A stretch of DNA of 64,000 bases from Rhizomicrobium sp. (GTDB taxonomy: Bacteria; Pseudomonadota; Alphaproteobacteria; Micropepsales; Micropepsaceae), in NCBI GenBank assembly GCA_035549575.1, contig DASZQP010000073.1, positions 26,644-90,643 of the forward strand, given 5' to 3'. Below the pieces are notes generated by a model. It was not told where the DNA came from and made no database searches. It saw nothing but the letters and a program-made list of their open reading frames with translations. This document shows, one piece after another, positions 9,763-18,628 of the stretch (its first letter is position 1; each line of letters starts with the position of its first letter). The position numbers were made by a program, and so were the translations under genes.

Positions 9763-11642
9763 TGGCCGGCCCCATCGTGGAAGAAGGCGACGGCGCGCCA
9801 TCCTTCAGGCCGCTGTGGATGCTGATGCCCTATCTGTGGCCGAAGGGGCAGCCGGAGCTGCGCCTGCGCGTCTTCGCGGCGATCTTCTTCCTCGTCCTGG
9901 CGACCTCGGCGACGAGCATCTCGCCCCTCTTCTACGGCTGGGCCGTCGATGTGCTGGCGAAGACGCCGGCGGAGATCGTGCTCGGCGCGGCGCTGTCCTG
10001 GATCGCGGCCTACACGGTGTCGCGCATTCTCCTGCAGGCCTTCGCCCAGCTTCGCGACGGCGTCTTCGCCAAGGTCCAGTATCACGCCATGCGCGAGGTG
10101 GCGGTCTCGACCTTCGCCCATGTCCATACGCTTTCGCTGCGCTTCCACCTGGAGCGCAAGACCGGCGGGCTGTCGCGGGTCATCGAGCGCGGGACCAAGG
10201 GCATCGACACGCTCCTGTCCTTCGCGCTGTTCAGCATCTTCCCCACCATCGTCCTTCTGGTCTTCTACGCCGTCATCCTGTTCGTCAAGCTCAACCTCAC
10301 GATCGCGCTCGTCACCGTGGCGATGGTCGTGGCCTATGTCTGGTTCACCTTCGCGATCACGCGCTGGCGCATCCAGTTCCGCCGCGACATGAACCAGTCC
10401 GATCAGGATGCGAACACCAAGGCGGTGGACAGCCTGCTCAACTACGAGACGGTCAAGTATTTCAACAACGAGGAGCACGAGACGCGGCGCTTCGACAGGT
10501 CGATGGAGAAATACTCGCGCGCGTCGATCCAGGCGCAGATCTCGCTTTCGGTCCTCAATACCGGCCAGGCGCTGATCATGGCGCTCGGGCTGGGCGCGGT
10601 GATGGCGCTCGCGGCCATGGGCATCAAGGCCGGACAGTTCAGCGTCGGCACGCTGGTGGCGGCCAACGCCATTCTCGTGCAGCTCTACATCCCGCTCAAC
10701 CTGCTCGGCACGGTCTATCGCGAGATCACCCAGGCCCTCGTGGACATGGAGGCGATGTTCCGCCTGCTCAACCAGCCGCGCGAAGTGAAGGACAAGCCGG
10801 GAGCGAAGCCGCTCGTGGTGTCGAAGGGAGAAATCCGCTTCGACAATGTCGTGTTCGCCTACGAGCCGGCGCGGACGGTGCTCAAGGGCATCAGCTTCAC
10901 CGTGCCGGCGGGAAAGACGGTCGCCGTCGTCGGGCCTTCCGGCGCGGGGAAATCCACGATTTCGCGCATCCTCTACCGCTTCTACGACATCACTTCGGGA
11001 AGCGTGACCATAGACGGCCAGGACATTCGCGACGTGACCCAGGCGAGCCTGCGCGCCGTCATCGGGATCGTTCCGCAGGACACGGTCCTGTTCAACGACA
11101 CCGTCCGCTACAACATCGCCTACGGCCGCATCGGCGCCAACGAGGCCGACATCAAGGAGGCCGCGCGCATGGCGCAGATCGACAAGTTCATCGTCGAGCT
11201 GCCGCTGGGCTACGACGCGATGGTCGGCGAGCGCGGCCTCAAGCTCTCCGGAGGCGAGAAGCAGCGCGTCGCCATCGCGCGCACCATCCTCAAGAACCCG
11301 CCGATCCTGCTGCTGGACGAGGCGACCTCCGCGCTCGACACCGGCACGGAGCGCGAGATCCAGGGCGCGCTGCAGGAAGTGTCGCGCAACCGCACCTCTC
11401 TCGTCATCGCGCACCGGCTGTCCACCGTCGTGGATGCCGACGAAATTCTCGTGCTCGACCATGGAGTGATCGTCGAGCGCGGGCGGCACGGCGAGCTGCT
11501 CGCGCTGAACGGCCACTACGCGGCGATGTGGAACAAGCAGAAGGAAGCCGCCGCCGCGCGCGAGAAGCTCAAGCAGGTCGAGAACGATCCGGATGTCGCG
11601 CCCGGCGTCGCGCGCGCCGCTCCGCTGGGTGCCGCGGAATAG
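9762..11642 (+). CDS. Atm1/HMT1-type ABC exporter (fused permease + ATPase)
   Basis: N-terminal ...LMPYLWPKGQPELRLRV typical of Atm1-like proteins; six TM segments; Walker A GPSGAGKST, signature LSGGEKQRVAIAR, Walker B ILLLDEATSALD. The alternative start at 9750 (track) is equally possible. Confidence 0.9.
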   Translation: MAGPIVEEGDGAPSFRPLWMLMPYLWPKGQPELRLRVFAAIFFLVLATSATSISPLFYGWAVDVLAKTPAEIVLGAALSWIAAYTVSRILLQAFAQLRDGVFAKVQYHAMREVAVSTFAHVHTLSLRFHLERKTGGLSRVIERGTKGIDTLLSFALFSIFPTIVLLVFYAVILFVKLNLTIALVTVAMVVAYVWFTFAITRWRIQFRRDMNQSDQDANTKAVDSLLNYETVKYFNNEEHETRRFDRSMEKYSRASIQAQISLSVLNTGQALIMALGLGAVMALAAMGIKAGQFSVGTLVAANAILVQLYIPLNLLGTVYREITQALVDMEAMFRLLNQPREVKDKPGAKPLVVSKGEIRFDNVVFAYEPARTVLKGISFTVPAGKTVAVVGPSGAGKSTISRILYRFYDITSGSVTIDGQDIRDVTQASLRAVIGIVPQDTVLFNDTVRYNIAYGRIGANEADIKEAARMAQIDKFIVELPLGYDAMVGERGLKLSGGEKQRVAIARTILKNPPILLLDEATSALDTGTEREIQGALQEVSRNRTSLVIAHRLSTVVDADEILVLDHGVIVERGRHGELLALNGHYAAMWNKQKEAAAAREKLKQVENDPDVAPGVARAAPLGAAE

Positions 11643-11665
11643 GGCAGGCGGGCGCCCCGTTTCGC

Positions 11666-11684
11666 CCTTCGCGGAGCGCGAAGG
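11666..11684. terminator. short GC hairpin between convergent ABC and RND genes
   Basis: CCTTCGCG-GAG-CGCGAAGG, a perfect 8-bp stem. No clear U-tract on either strand. Confidence 0.35.
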
Positions 11685-11690
11685 CCGGGT

Positions 11691-14600
11691 CTATTCCGCC
11701 GCCTCCCCGACAAGCGGCACGTCCGCGTGCGGAGGCACGAGGCCCAGCGGCGCCTTCTGCCTGTGCGCGGCTTCCCTTGCGGCGCGGCGCTCCCGGCGGC
11801 GATAGGGCCAGGCGAGCATCGACGGCACGAGGCCGAGCGTGATCATCTTCGAGAATGCGAGCCCGAACACGATGGCGGTGGAAAGCTGGACCCACATCAT
11901 GCCGTTGGGGCCGCCGATGGTGACTTCCCGTGTCGCGAAATCGATCTCCACCGCGAACATCATCGGCAGCAGTCCGCCGATCGCCGTGATCGTGGTCAGG
12001 AACACCGGGCGCAGCCGCTGGGCCGAGGAGCGGATCACCGCCTCGATCGGCTCCATGCCCGCGTCGCGCAGGCGGTGGAAGGTGTCGATCAGCACGATGT
12101 TGTGGTTGACCACGATGCCGGCGAGCGCGAGCAGGCCGGTGCCGGTCATGATGATCGAGAAGGGCTGCGCCATCACGATCATCCCGAGCAGCGCCCCGAT
12201 CATGGCGAGCACCACGGCCACCAGGATCAGGAAGGCGTGATAGAAGCTGTTGAACAGCACCAGCAGCACCATCGCGATCAGGAACAGCGCCAGGAATGCG
12301 GCCTCGATCAGGAACGCGCCCGACTCGTCCTGCTGCTCCTGCCCGCCGCGGAACTTGACGCGGACGTCGGAGGGGAAGTTCCGGCCGTCGATCCACTGCT
12401 TGAGCTTGGCGACTTCCTCGCCCGGCTGGATCTTCCGGGCGATGCAGTCCGTGGTCACGCTGGCCGAGCACACCGGCTTGATGTTCGCGCGAACGTGATA
12501 GACGCGATGGCCGTCGACGCGCTCGATGGAGTTGACCTGCTGGGCCGCGCGCTTGGTCACGAAATTGCTGATGGGGACCATGCTGCCGTCGCCCGTCGCG
12601 ACCCGGAGATTGTCGAGCGCATGGAACCCGCGGAACTGCTCGGGATAGCGCACGCGGATGTCGACCTCGTCCTCGCTGTCGTCGGGCCGGTACTTGCCGA
12701 CCAGAATGCCGTTGGTCACGAGCTGCACCGCCGTCCCGATGGACTGCGCGTTGGCGCCGAAGCGGCTCGCCAGCTCGCGGTTGATGTCGAGGTCCCACTC
12801 GATGCCGGGCAGCGGCCGCGTGTCCTCGACATCGCGCAGCTCCGGCGTCTTGTCCATGTGCGCGCGGATGGCGCCCGTGACGGCGGCGAGCGCCTGGTAG
12901 TTGTCGGAGCTGACGTCGATCATCACGTCCTTGCCGGTGGGCGGGCCGTTCTGCGGCTCGCGCACCTCGACATGGACGCCGGCGATGCCGGCCGTCTTGC
13001 GCCGGATCTCCTCCTCGATCTGCTTGGCGGGACGGCGCTCGCGGTAGTCCTTCATCTCGATGCCGATGCGGCCGATGTTGTCGACCGGCACGCCGCCCTG
13101 GCTGTTGAGGGAGTTCGACTGGCCGCCCGAATTGGCGTTGACCGCGCGGATGCCGGGCACCGTCTGGATGATGTGCGATATGCCCATCACGATGTCGCGC
13201 TTCTCGTTGGCCGACAGATTGCCGCGCGCCGAGATGAAGACCTGGGCGTAGCCCGGATCCTGGTCGACGAAGAACTCCACGCCCTTGTTGAACACGGCGA
13301 ACAGCGCGATCACGGCGAACACGACGCCGCCCGCGCCCAGCGCCACACGGCCGGGATGGCGCGTGAGCTTCTCGGCGAGATGGGCGTACCATCCGGTGAC
13401 CCCGGAGATTTCGCGCCAGTCGCCCGTCTCCGACGCCTCGATCGCCCTCTCGTGCTCGAGATCGCGCGGCGGCGCCTTGCCGAAGATGCCGCCGAGCACC
13501 GGCAGGAAGATGAGGGCCACCACCATCGATGCCGAAAGGATGATGATGAGCGTGATCGGGAAGAAGCTCATGAACTTTCCGGCGACGCCCGGCCACAGCA
13601 GCATGGGCAGGAACGCGCCGATCATGGTGGCGGTCGCGCTGACGACCGGCCAGAACATGCGCAGCGCCGCCTGCGCGAAGGCGTCGCGCGGAGAATGGCC
13701 CTCGGTCATCTTCCGGTCGGCGTATTCGACGACGATGATCGCGCCGTCGACCAGAATGCCGACCGCCAGCAGCATCGCGAACATGATCATGAAGTTGAGC
13801 GTCATCCCCAGCCCGTTCAGGACCATGAATGCCATCAGGAACGAGGTCGGGATCGCCACTCCCACGAGCAGGCCGGAGCGGAGGCCGAGCGCCGCCACGA
13901 TGATGATCATCACCAGGATGATGGCCAGGATGATCGAATCCGACAGCGAGCCGAGCTGCTCGCGGATGTCGGTGGAGTCGTCGTAGAGATAGGTGACGTG
14001 AAGGCCGGCGGGCCAGGTCTTGGCCGCCTTGTCCACGATTTCGCGAACCTGCTGGTTGTTGGCGATGATGTTGGCGCCGATGCGCTTCGTGACCTGCAGC
14101 GAAAGGGTGGGCTGGCCGTTCACGCGCGAATAGGTGGTGGGATCGTAGAACGTGCGCCGGACCTGGGCGACGTCGCTCAGCGTCACCGTCGAGTTGTTGG
14201 TCGAGCGGATGGGCAGCCTGAGGAGGTCCGAGGCGTTCTCGATGACGCCGGGCACCTTGACGGCGAAACTGCCCCTGCCGGTGTCGATGAGGCCGGCCGC
14301 GATCAGGCGGTTGTTGTTGGAGACGGCCGAAAACATCTCCTGCTGGGTGATGCCGAAGTTCTCGAGCTTGGCCGGATCGATGACGATCTCGAGCATCTCC
14401 TTGCGCTCGCCCGAGATGTCGACGTCGAGCACGGTGGGGATGAGCTTGATGTCGTCCTTCAGGCTGCGCGCGACCTTGAGCAGCGTGCGCTCGGGCACGT
14501 CGCCGGACAGAGCGACCGCGATGACGGGCTGGAGCGAGGTGTTGAATTCCTGCACCGTCGGCGGATCGGTTTCCTGCGGCAGGAGTCCGCGCGCCTCGTC

Positions 14601-14939
14601 CACCTGCGCGCGCACGTCCTCCAGCGCCTTCTGCTTGTTGAAGTTGACGTCGAACTCCAGAATGACGATCGCAACGCCGCTATAGGCGCGCGCGGTGATC
14701 GTCTTGAGGCCCTCGACGGACCGGAGCGCGGTCTCGAGCGGCTTGACGAGCAGGCGCTCGCTGTCCTCCGGGCTGATGCCGGGATAGGTCGCCTGCACCA
14801 TGATGACCGGAATGGGAATGTCGGGGTCGGCTTCCTTCGGGATGTTGATGAAGGCGAGCAGGCCCGCGATGATGACGACGACGATCGTCGCGATCACCAC
14901 GCGCGTGTTGTTCACCGCCCATTCGACGATTCTTGTCAC
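11691..14939 (-). CDS. RND efflux permease (AcrB/HAE1-like)
   Basis: VTRIVEWAVNNTRVVIATIVVVIIAGLLAF... with 12-TM RND architecture, about 1082 aa. GTG 14939 overlaps the stop of the adaptor gene (GTGA). The upstream 165 codons of the track ORF are Arg/Gly-rich and were rejected. Confidence 0.92.
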   Translation of the reverse strand: MTRIVEWAVNNTRVVIATIVVVIIAGLLAFINIPKEADPDIPIPVIMVQATYPGISPEDSERLLVKPLETALRSVEGLKTITARAYSGVAIVILEFDVNFNKQKALEDVRAQVDEARGLLPQETDPPTVQEFNTSLQPVIAVALSGDVPERTLLKVARSLKDDIKLIPTVLDVDISGERKEMLEIVIDPAKLENFGITQQEMFSAVSNNNRLIAAGLIDTGRGSFAVKVPGVIENASDLLRLPIRSTNNSTVTLSDVAQVRRTFYDPTTYSRVNGQPTLSLQVTKRIGANIIANNQQVREIVDKAAKTWPAGLHVTYLYDDSTDIREQLGSLSDSIILAIILVMIIIVAALGLRSGLLVGVAIPTSFLMAFMVLNGLGMTLNFMIMFAMLLAVGILVDGAIIVVEYADRKMTEGHSPRDAFAQAALRMFWPVVSATATMIGAFLPMLLWPGVAGKFMSFFPITLIIILSASMVVALIFLPVLGGIFGKAPPRDLEHERAIEASETGDWREISGVTGWYAHLAEKLTRHPGRVALGAGGVVFAVIALFAVFNKGVEFFVDQDPGYAQVFISARGNLSANEKRDIVMGISHIIQTVPGIRAVNANSGGQSNSLNSQGGVPVDNIGRIGIEMKDYRERRPAKQIEEEIRRKTAGIAGVHVEVREPQNGPPTGKDVMIDVSSDNYQALAAVTGAIRAHMDKTPELRDVEDTRPLPGIEWDLDINRELASRFGANAQSIGTAVQLVTNGILVGKYRPDDSEDEVDIRVRYPEQFRGFHALDNLRVATGDGSMVPISNFVTKRAAQQVNSIERVDGHRVYHVRANIKPVCSASVTTDCIARKIQPGEEVAKLKQWIDGRNFPSDVRVKFRGGQEQQDESGAFLIEAAFLALFLIAMVLLVLFNSFYHAFLILVAVVLAMIGALLGMIVMAQPFSIIMTGTGLLALAGIVVNHNIVLIDTFHRLRDAGMEPIEAVIRSSAQRLRPVFLTTITAIGGLLPMMFAVEIDFATREVTIGGPNGMMWVQLSTAIVFGLAFSKMITLGLVPSMLAWPYRRRERRAAREAAHRQKAPLGLVPPHADVPLVGEAAE

Positions 14940-16099
14940 GACGCCGCTCCCGATTTGTCGAGGACCGTCTTCACCCTTTCGCCGTCGGTCACGTACTGCT
15001 GCCCGACGGTGATGACCTGCGTGTCGCCGGGGATGCCGGTGACCCAGATGCCGTCCGGCCCCTCGCCGATCGTCTGGACCGTCACGAAGCGGACGACGCC
15101 CTTGTCCACGACGCGCACCCCGACCTGGCCGGAGTCGTCCAGGACGAGGATGCCCGGCGAGATGCGCACGGCGCTGACCTTGCGCACCGGGATATGGATG
15201 TCGGCGCTGACGCCGTCGCGGAGCTTGTTGTCGGCGTTGGGCAGCTCGACCTCGATGCGGAAGGTGCGGGTGACGCTGTCCGCGCGGTTGGCGACGAAGC
15301 GGACCTTGCCCTTCACCTTCTCGCCGGTGACGAGATCGGCAGTGGCCGGATCGCCGACCTCGATCTGGCCGACCTCGTGCTCGGACACCGCGCCAACGGC
15401 GAGGAAAGGCTCCGGCGCGATCACCATCTCGCACTTGTCGCCGGCGCGCATGTAGTCGCCGACGTCGACATAGCGGTCGTCCACATAGCCGTCGAAGGGT
15501 GCGCGAATGCGGGTGTTGGCCAGCTGGATTCCCATCGTGCTGGCGCCTGCCCTTGCGGCCTCATAGGCGGCCTGCGACTGGGCCAGCTGCGTCTTCGAGC
15601 GGAAGCCCTGGGCGTAGAGCTCCTTTGCGACCTCGAGCTCCTTGGCGGTCTGCGCCACCATCGCGTTCATCTGCGCCACCTTGGCGCCGCGGTCGTTGAT
15701 GTCGATCTCGCAGAGTACGTCGCCCTTGCGGACCTTCTGGCCCTTGTCGAAATGGATTGCCTTGACGACGCCTTCCACCTCGGCGCGGACATCGACCTCG
15801 TGCAGCGCCTGGGTGCGGCCGCGCACGGTCACGGTCGCCGAGCGCTCCACGGGCGTCAGCGCGGCGACGCGCACCATCGGCGTCGCGTCGGACGTCTTCG
15901 GCTCGGAGGCTTCGGCCGTACCGTGCCTGGCGGGGGGGATGATCAGGCTGGAGGCTATCCAGAGCGTCGCCACGATCAGGATGGCGCCGGCCCATTGGTA
16001 GCTCGCCTTCCAGCGCAGCCAGAAGCCGGGCATCACCTTCTCGTACAGACGGTCGAGAACCGCCTTGACGCTGCGCAGAACGTTCATCAACCAGGACAT
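14936..16099 (-). CDS. RND efflux periplasmic adaptor (HlyD/MFP family)
   Basis: N-terminal TM anchor, coiled-coil segment (AQMNAMVAQTAKELEVAKELYAQGF) and beta-barrel C-terminus. Located immediately upstream of the RND permease. Confidence 0.9.
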   Translation of the reverse strand: MSWLMNVLRSVKAVLDRLYEKVMPGFWLRWKASYQWAGAILIVATLWIASSLIIPPARHGTAEASEPKTSDATPMVRVAALTPVERSATVTVRGRTQALHEVDVRAEVEGVVKAIHFDKGQKVRKGDVLCEIDINDRGAKVAQMNAMVAQTAKELEVAKELYAQGFRSKTQLAQSQAAYEAARAGASTMGIQLANTRIRAPFDGYVDDRYVDVGDYMRAGDKCEMVIAPEPFLAVGAVSEHEVGQIEVGDPATADLVTGEKVKGKVRFVANRADSVTRTFRIEVELPNADNKLRDGVSADIHIPVRKVSAVRISPGILVLDDSGQVGVRVVDKGVVRFVTVQTIGEGPDGIWVTGIPGDTQVITVGQQYVTDGERVKTVLDKSGAAS

Positions 16100-16113
16100 C
16101 GTTGCGACTTTCC

Positions 16114-16644
16114 CTACTCGGCGGCCATGGCTTCGGTGGCCTGGTATCTGGCGCGCTGGTGTTCCAGAAACTCCAGCATCGCCTTGTAGATGGCGCGCCC
16201 GAATCCGTTTGCAAACTCTTCGCCCGGGGTTTTCGGGCGGGTGTTGCCCTCGTTCAACTGTGCGAGCTTGGCTTCGGTCTGCCGCGCGTAGGCATCGATC
16301 ATCTCGGCGACCCGCGCGGGCGGAAGCAGATCGCTGAACAGCATCGCGAACACGAAGGGCGAACGGTGGCGGTCCTCGGGAAGCGGCTTCATCAGCGACG
16401 CGAGAAAGGCGCTGCGTCCCGCCGGCGTGATCGAATAGACCTTGCGGTCTGGACGTTTCTCCTGCGCTTCCTCGCGCACGGAGACGAGCCCCGCTTCCGT
16501 CAGCCGGTTCAGCGCCGGGTAGATCGAGCCGAAGCTCGCCTCGGCGAAGTGCTGATACCCGTCCTGCTGGAACAGGTTCTTGATTTCATAGCCCGTGGCA
16601 TCCCCGCGCGTGAGGATGCCCAAGCAGATCGTGCGGACGTCCAT
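16114..16644 (-). CDS. PadR-family transcriptional regulator
   Basis: ICLGILTRGDATGYEIKNLF...GSIYPALNRLTEAGLV...KVYSITPAGR winged-helix signature. Lies 14 nt upstream of the MFP gene. Confidence 0.9.
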   Translation of the reverse strand: MDVRTICLGILTRGDATGYEIKNLFQQDGYQHFAEASFGSIYPALNRLTEAGLVSVREEAQEKRPDRKVYSITPAGRSAFLASLMKPLPEDRHRSPFVFAMLFSDLLPPARVAEMIDAYARQTEAKLAQLNEGNTRPKTPGEEFANGFGRAIYKAMLEFLEHQRARYQATEAMAAE

Positions 16645-16657
16645 GCCCCGGTCCCGT

Positions 16658-16680
16658 ATCTATATTGGTCCGATATAGAT
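16658..16680. promoter_or_regulatory. inverted repeat, candidate PadR operator
   Basis: ATCTATAT-TGGTCCG-ATATAGAT (8-bp perfect arms) begins 14 nt upstream of the padR start codon. A further TCTATAT half-site lies at about 16685-16691. Confidence 0.4.
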
Positions 16681-16834
16681 CGGGTCTATATATGTGCGAA
16701 ATGTTACTATTCAAGGCGGGGACGGGTGTGAAATTCACAATCCCCGGATGCGAAATTGGGCAGTCTGACAAACTACCGCGGATTGCCGCAACATCAAGTT
16801 CCGGCCGGATGGCGGAATTCGCGGAAGGGGCGGG

Positions 16835-17455
16835 TCAGATCAGTTCGACCCGATCCACCTCGACACCCTTGTTGCCCTGCCTTGTCGAGAAGCGGATGCG
16901 CTGTTCCGGCTCGAGCGCCTGAACGCCCGAGCGCCGGAGCGCGCTGGCATGAAGATAGATGTCGCCGCCGCCGCCGTCGGGCATGACGAATCCGAAACCC
17001 TTCTGGTCGTTGAAGAACTTGACCTTGCCTTCCTGCATCGGCCCGCTCGGGCCGGAGTCCCGGTCGCGATAGCCGCCCCCTCCGAAACGGTCGTGCCCGC
17101 CCCCGAAACGGTCGCCGCGTCCGCCGCCGAAACGGTCGCCCCCGCCATAGCCTCCGCCGTCGCCGTAGTCGCGGCGCGGCTTGCGCGGCGCCGGCTCGGC
17201 CGTGCTCGCGTCGACGCTATGCACCGTCACCACCTGAAGGCCGCGAGGCGAATTCTGCAGGTCGCACACAATGGTTGTGCCCTGCTGCAAGCTGGGCTGA
17301 CCGACGCTCGCCAATGCCGATGCGTGGCAGAAGGCGTCCGCTCCGTCATCCAGGGTTATGAAGCCATACCCTTTGGTTGCGTTGAACCACTTCACGGTCC
17401 CCTTCACAGAAGCTCTTGCGAGAGGTCCAGAATTGCCGCTGTCGTAGTTTGCCAT
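16835..17455 (-). CDS. cold-shock protein with two CSDs joined by a Gly/Arg-rich (RGG-like) linker
   Basis: Two CSD cores (GTVKWFNATKGYGFITL... and GKVKFFNDQKGFGFVMP...) with RNP1-like motifs. Linker is DYGDGGGYGGGDRFGGGRGDRFGGGHDRFGGGGYRDRD. Confidence 0.9.
   Translation of the reverse strand: MANYDSGNSGPLARASVKGTVKWFNATKGYGFITLDDGADAFCHASALASVGQPSLQQGTTIVCDLQNSPRGLQVVTVHSVDASTAEPAPRKPRRDYGDGGGYGGGDRFGGGRGDRFGGGHDRFGGGGYRDRDSGPSGPMQEGKVKFFNDQKGFGFVMPDGGGGDIYLHASALRRSGVQALEPEQRIRFSTRQGNKGVEVDRVELI
17082..17138. repeat. three copies of a 12-nt unit (CCGAAACGGTCG) spaced 21 and 24 nt apart, encoding the DRFGGG linker repeats
   Basis: Units at 17082-17093, 17103-17114 and 17127-17138 on the + strand, inside the cold-shock gene. 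Confidence 0.8.
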
Positions 17456-17707
17456 TCGTGCCGATGCCGCGCCTCGCCGGGAAATCAGGACGCACGCGCC
17501 GCTCCCTCCAGGCCCAGGCCCGGCGCGCGAAGGCTATATTGCGCGAAAGCGAGGGCGAATCGCAACGGGGTTGCCGCGCACCCGCCTCTTTTTTGCAGTT
17601 GTTTTGCGGCGGCGGACGAAGGCGGGCAGCCGATTTTGTGCTCCATGCGCATTTCGGCACAAGGGCAAATCGCCTAGTTTCCGCACCACGCAACCGCTTA
17701 CGAGGAC

Positions 17708-18628
17708 ATGATGCCGGGCAGTCAGGATTTCGCCGCCGATCCGCGCAACGAGAATGTCCTGCTCTATCTGAACGGGGCGCTGGTTCCGCGCAGCGAAGCG
17801 AAGATTTCCGTCTTCGACGCGGGATTCGTGCTTGGCGACGGAGTCTGGGAGGGCCTGCGCCTGCACAACGGCGCATTCCTTTTCCTCGATGCGCATCTCG
17901 ACCGCCTTTACGCGGGCGCCGGGGCCATCGCGCTCGATATCGGAATGAGCCGTCCGGATTTGGTCGCGGCGCTGCGCCGCACGGTCGAGGCCAACGGCAT
18001 GCACAGCGGGGTTCATATCCGGCTGATGGTCACGCGCGGACCCAAGAAGGCGCCGAACCAGGATCCGCGCAACGCGCTGGGCCGGCCGACCGTGGTCATC
18101 GTGGCCGAGCACAAGGAGCCCAGCCCCGACATCGTCACGCGCGGCCTAAAGCTCGTCACCTCCTCGATCCGCTGCACGCCGAGGGAAATGTTCGACATGC
18201 GGCTCAACTCCCACAGCCGCCTCGCGCTCATCCGCGCGCTGCTGGACGTGCTCGACAAGGGCGCGGACGAGGCGCTGATGCTGGATCCCGACAGCTTCGT
18301 GTCGAGCTGCAATGCCACCAACTTCTTCTCGGTCAGGGACGGCGTGGTGCGGACCTCGACGGGAGAGTTCTGCTTCAACGGCGTGACGCGGGCGAACGTC
18401 ATCGCGCTGTGCCGCGAAAACGACATTCCGATGAAGATCGCGAATTTCACCCTCGACGACATCCACGCCTCGCACGAGGCGTTCGTCACGGGCACGTTCG
18501 GCGGGATCACCCCGGTGCGGGAGATCGACGGCTACACGCTGCCGCAATCCGTTCCCGGGCCGGTGACGGCGCGGCTCCGCGCGCTCTACGCCGCGCTCAA
18601 GGACGCCGATGCGGCGAGGGCGCAATGA
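17708..18628 (+). CDS. class IV (branched-chain / D-amino-acid) aminotransferase family protein
   Basis: Fold-type IV pattern: LNGALVPRSEAKISVFDAGFVLGDGVWEGLR..., ...EAFVTGTFGGITPVREIDG; 306 aa. Confidence 0.85.
   Translation: MMPGSQDFAADPRNENVLLYLNGALVPRSEAKISVFDAGFVLGDGVWEGLRLHNGAFLFLDAHLDRLYAGAGAIALDIGMSRPDLVAALRRTVEANGMHSGVHIRLMVTRGPKKAPNQDPRNALGRPTVVIVAEHKEPSPDIVTRGLKLVTSSIRCTPREMFDMRLNSHSRLALIRALLDVLDKGADEALMLDPDSFVSSCNATNFFSVRDGVVRTSTGEFCFNGVTRANVIALCRENDIPMKIANFTLDDIHASHEAFVTGTFGGITPVREIDGYTLPQSVPGPVTARLRALYAALKDADAARAQ

Noticed and set aside
9597-11516. Upstream 640 codons of the 830-aa minus ORF that ends as the LOG gene
   Set aside because: Only the last 190 codons (from ATG 9596) look like a LOG protein. 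The remainder is antisense to the ABC exporter and has artefact composition.
11727-15455. 1242-aa plus-strand ORF antisense to the RND permease and adaptor genes (also 11569..13596 minus, 9815..11842 plus)
   Set aside because: It lies antisense or out of frame to a textbook 12-TM RND gene. Its composition is dominated by Arg, Asp, His and Gly. It is an artefact of GC3 bias.
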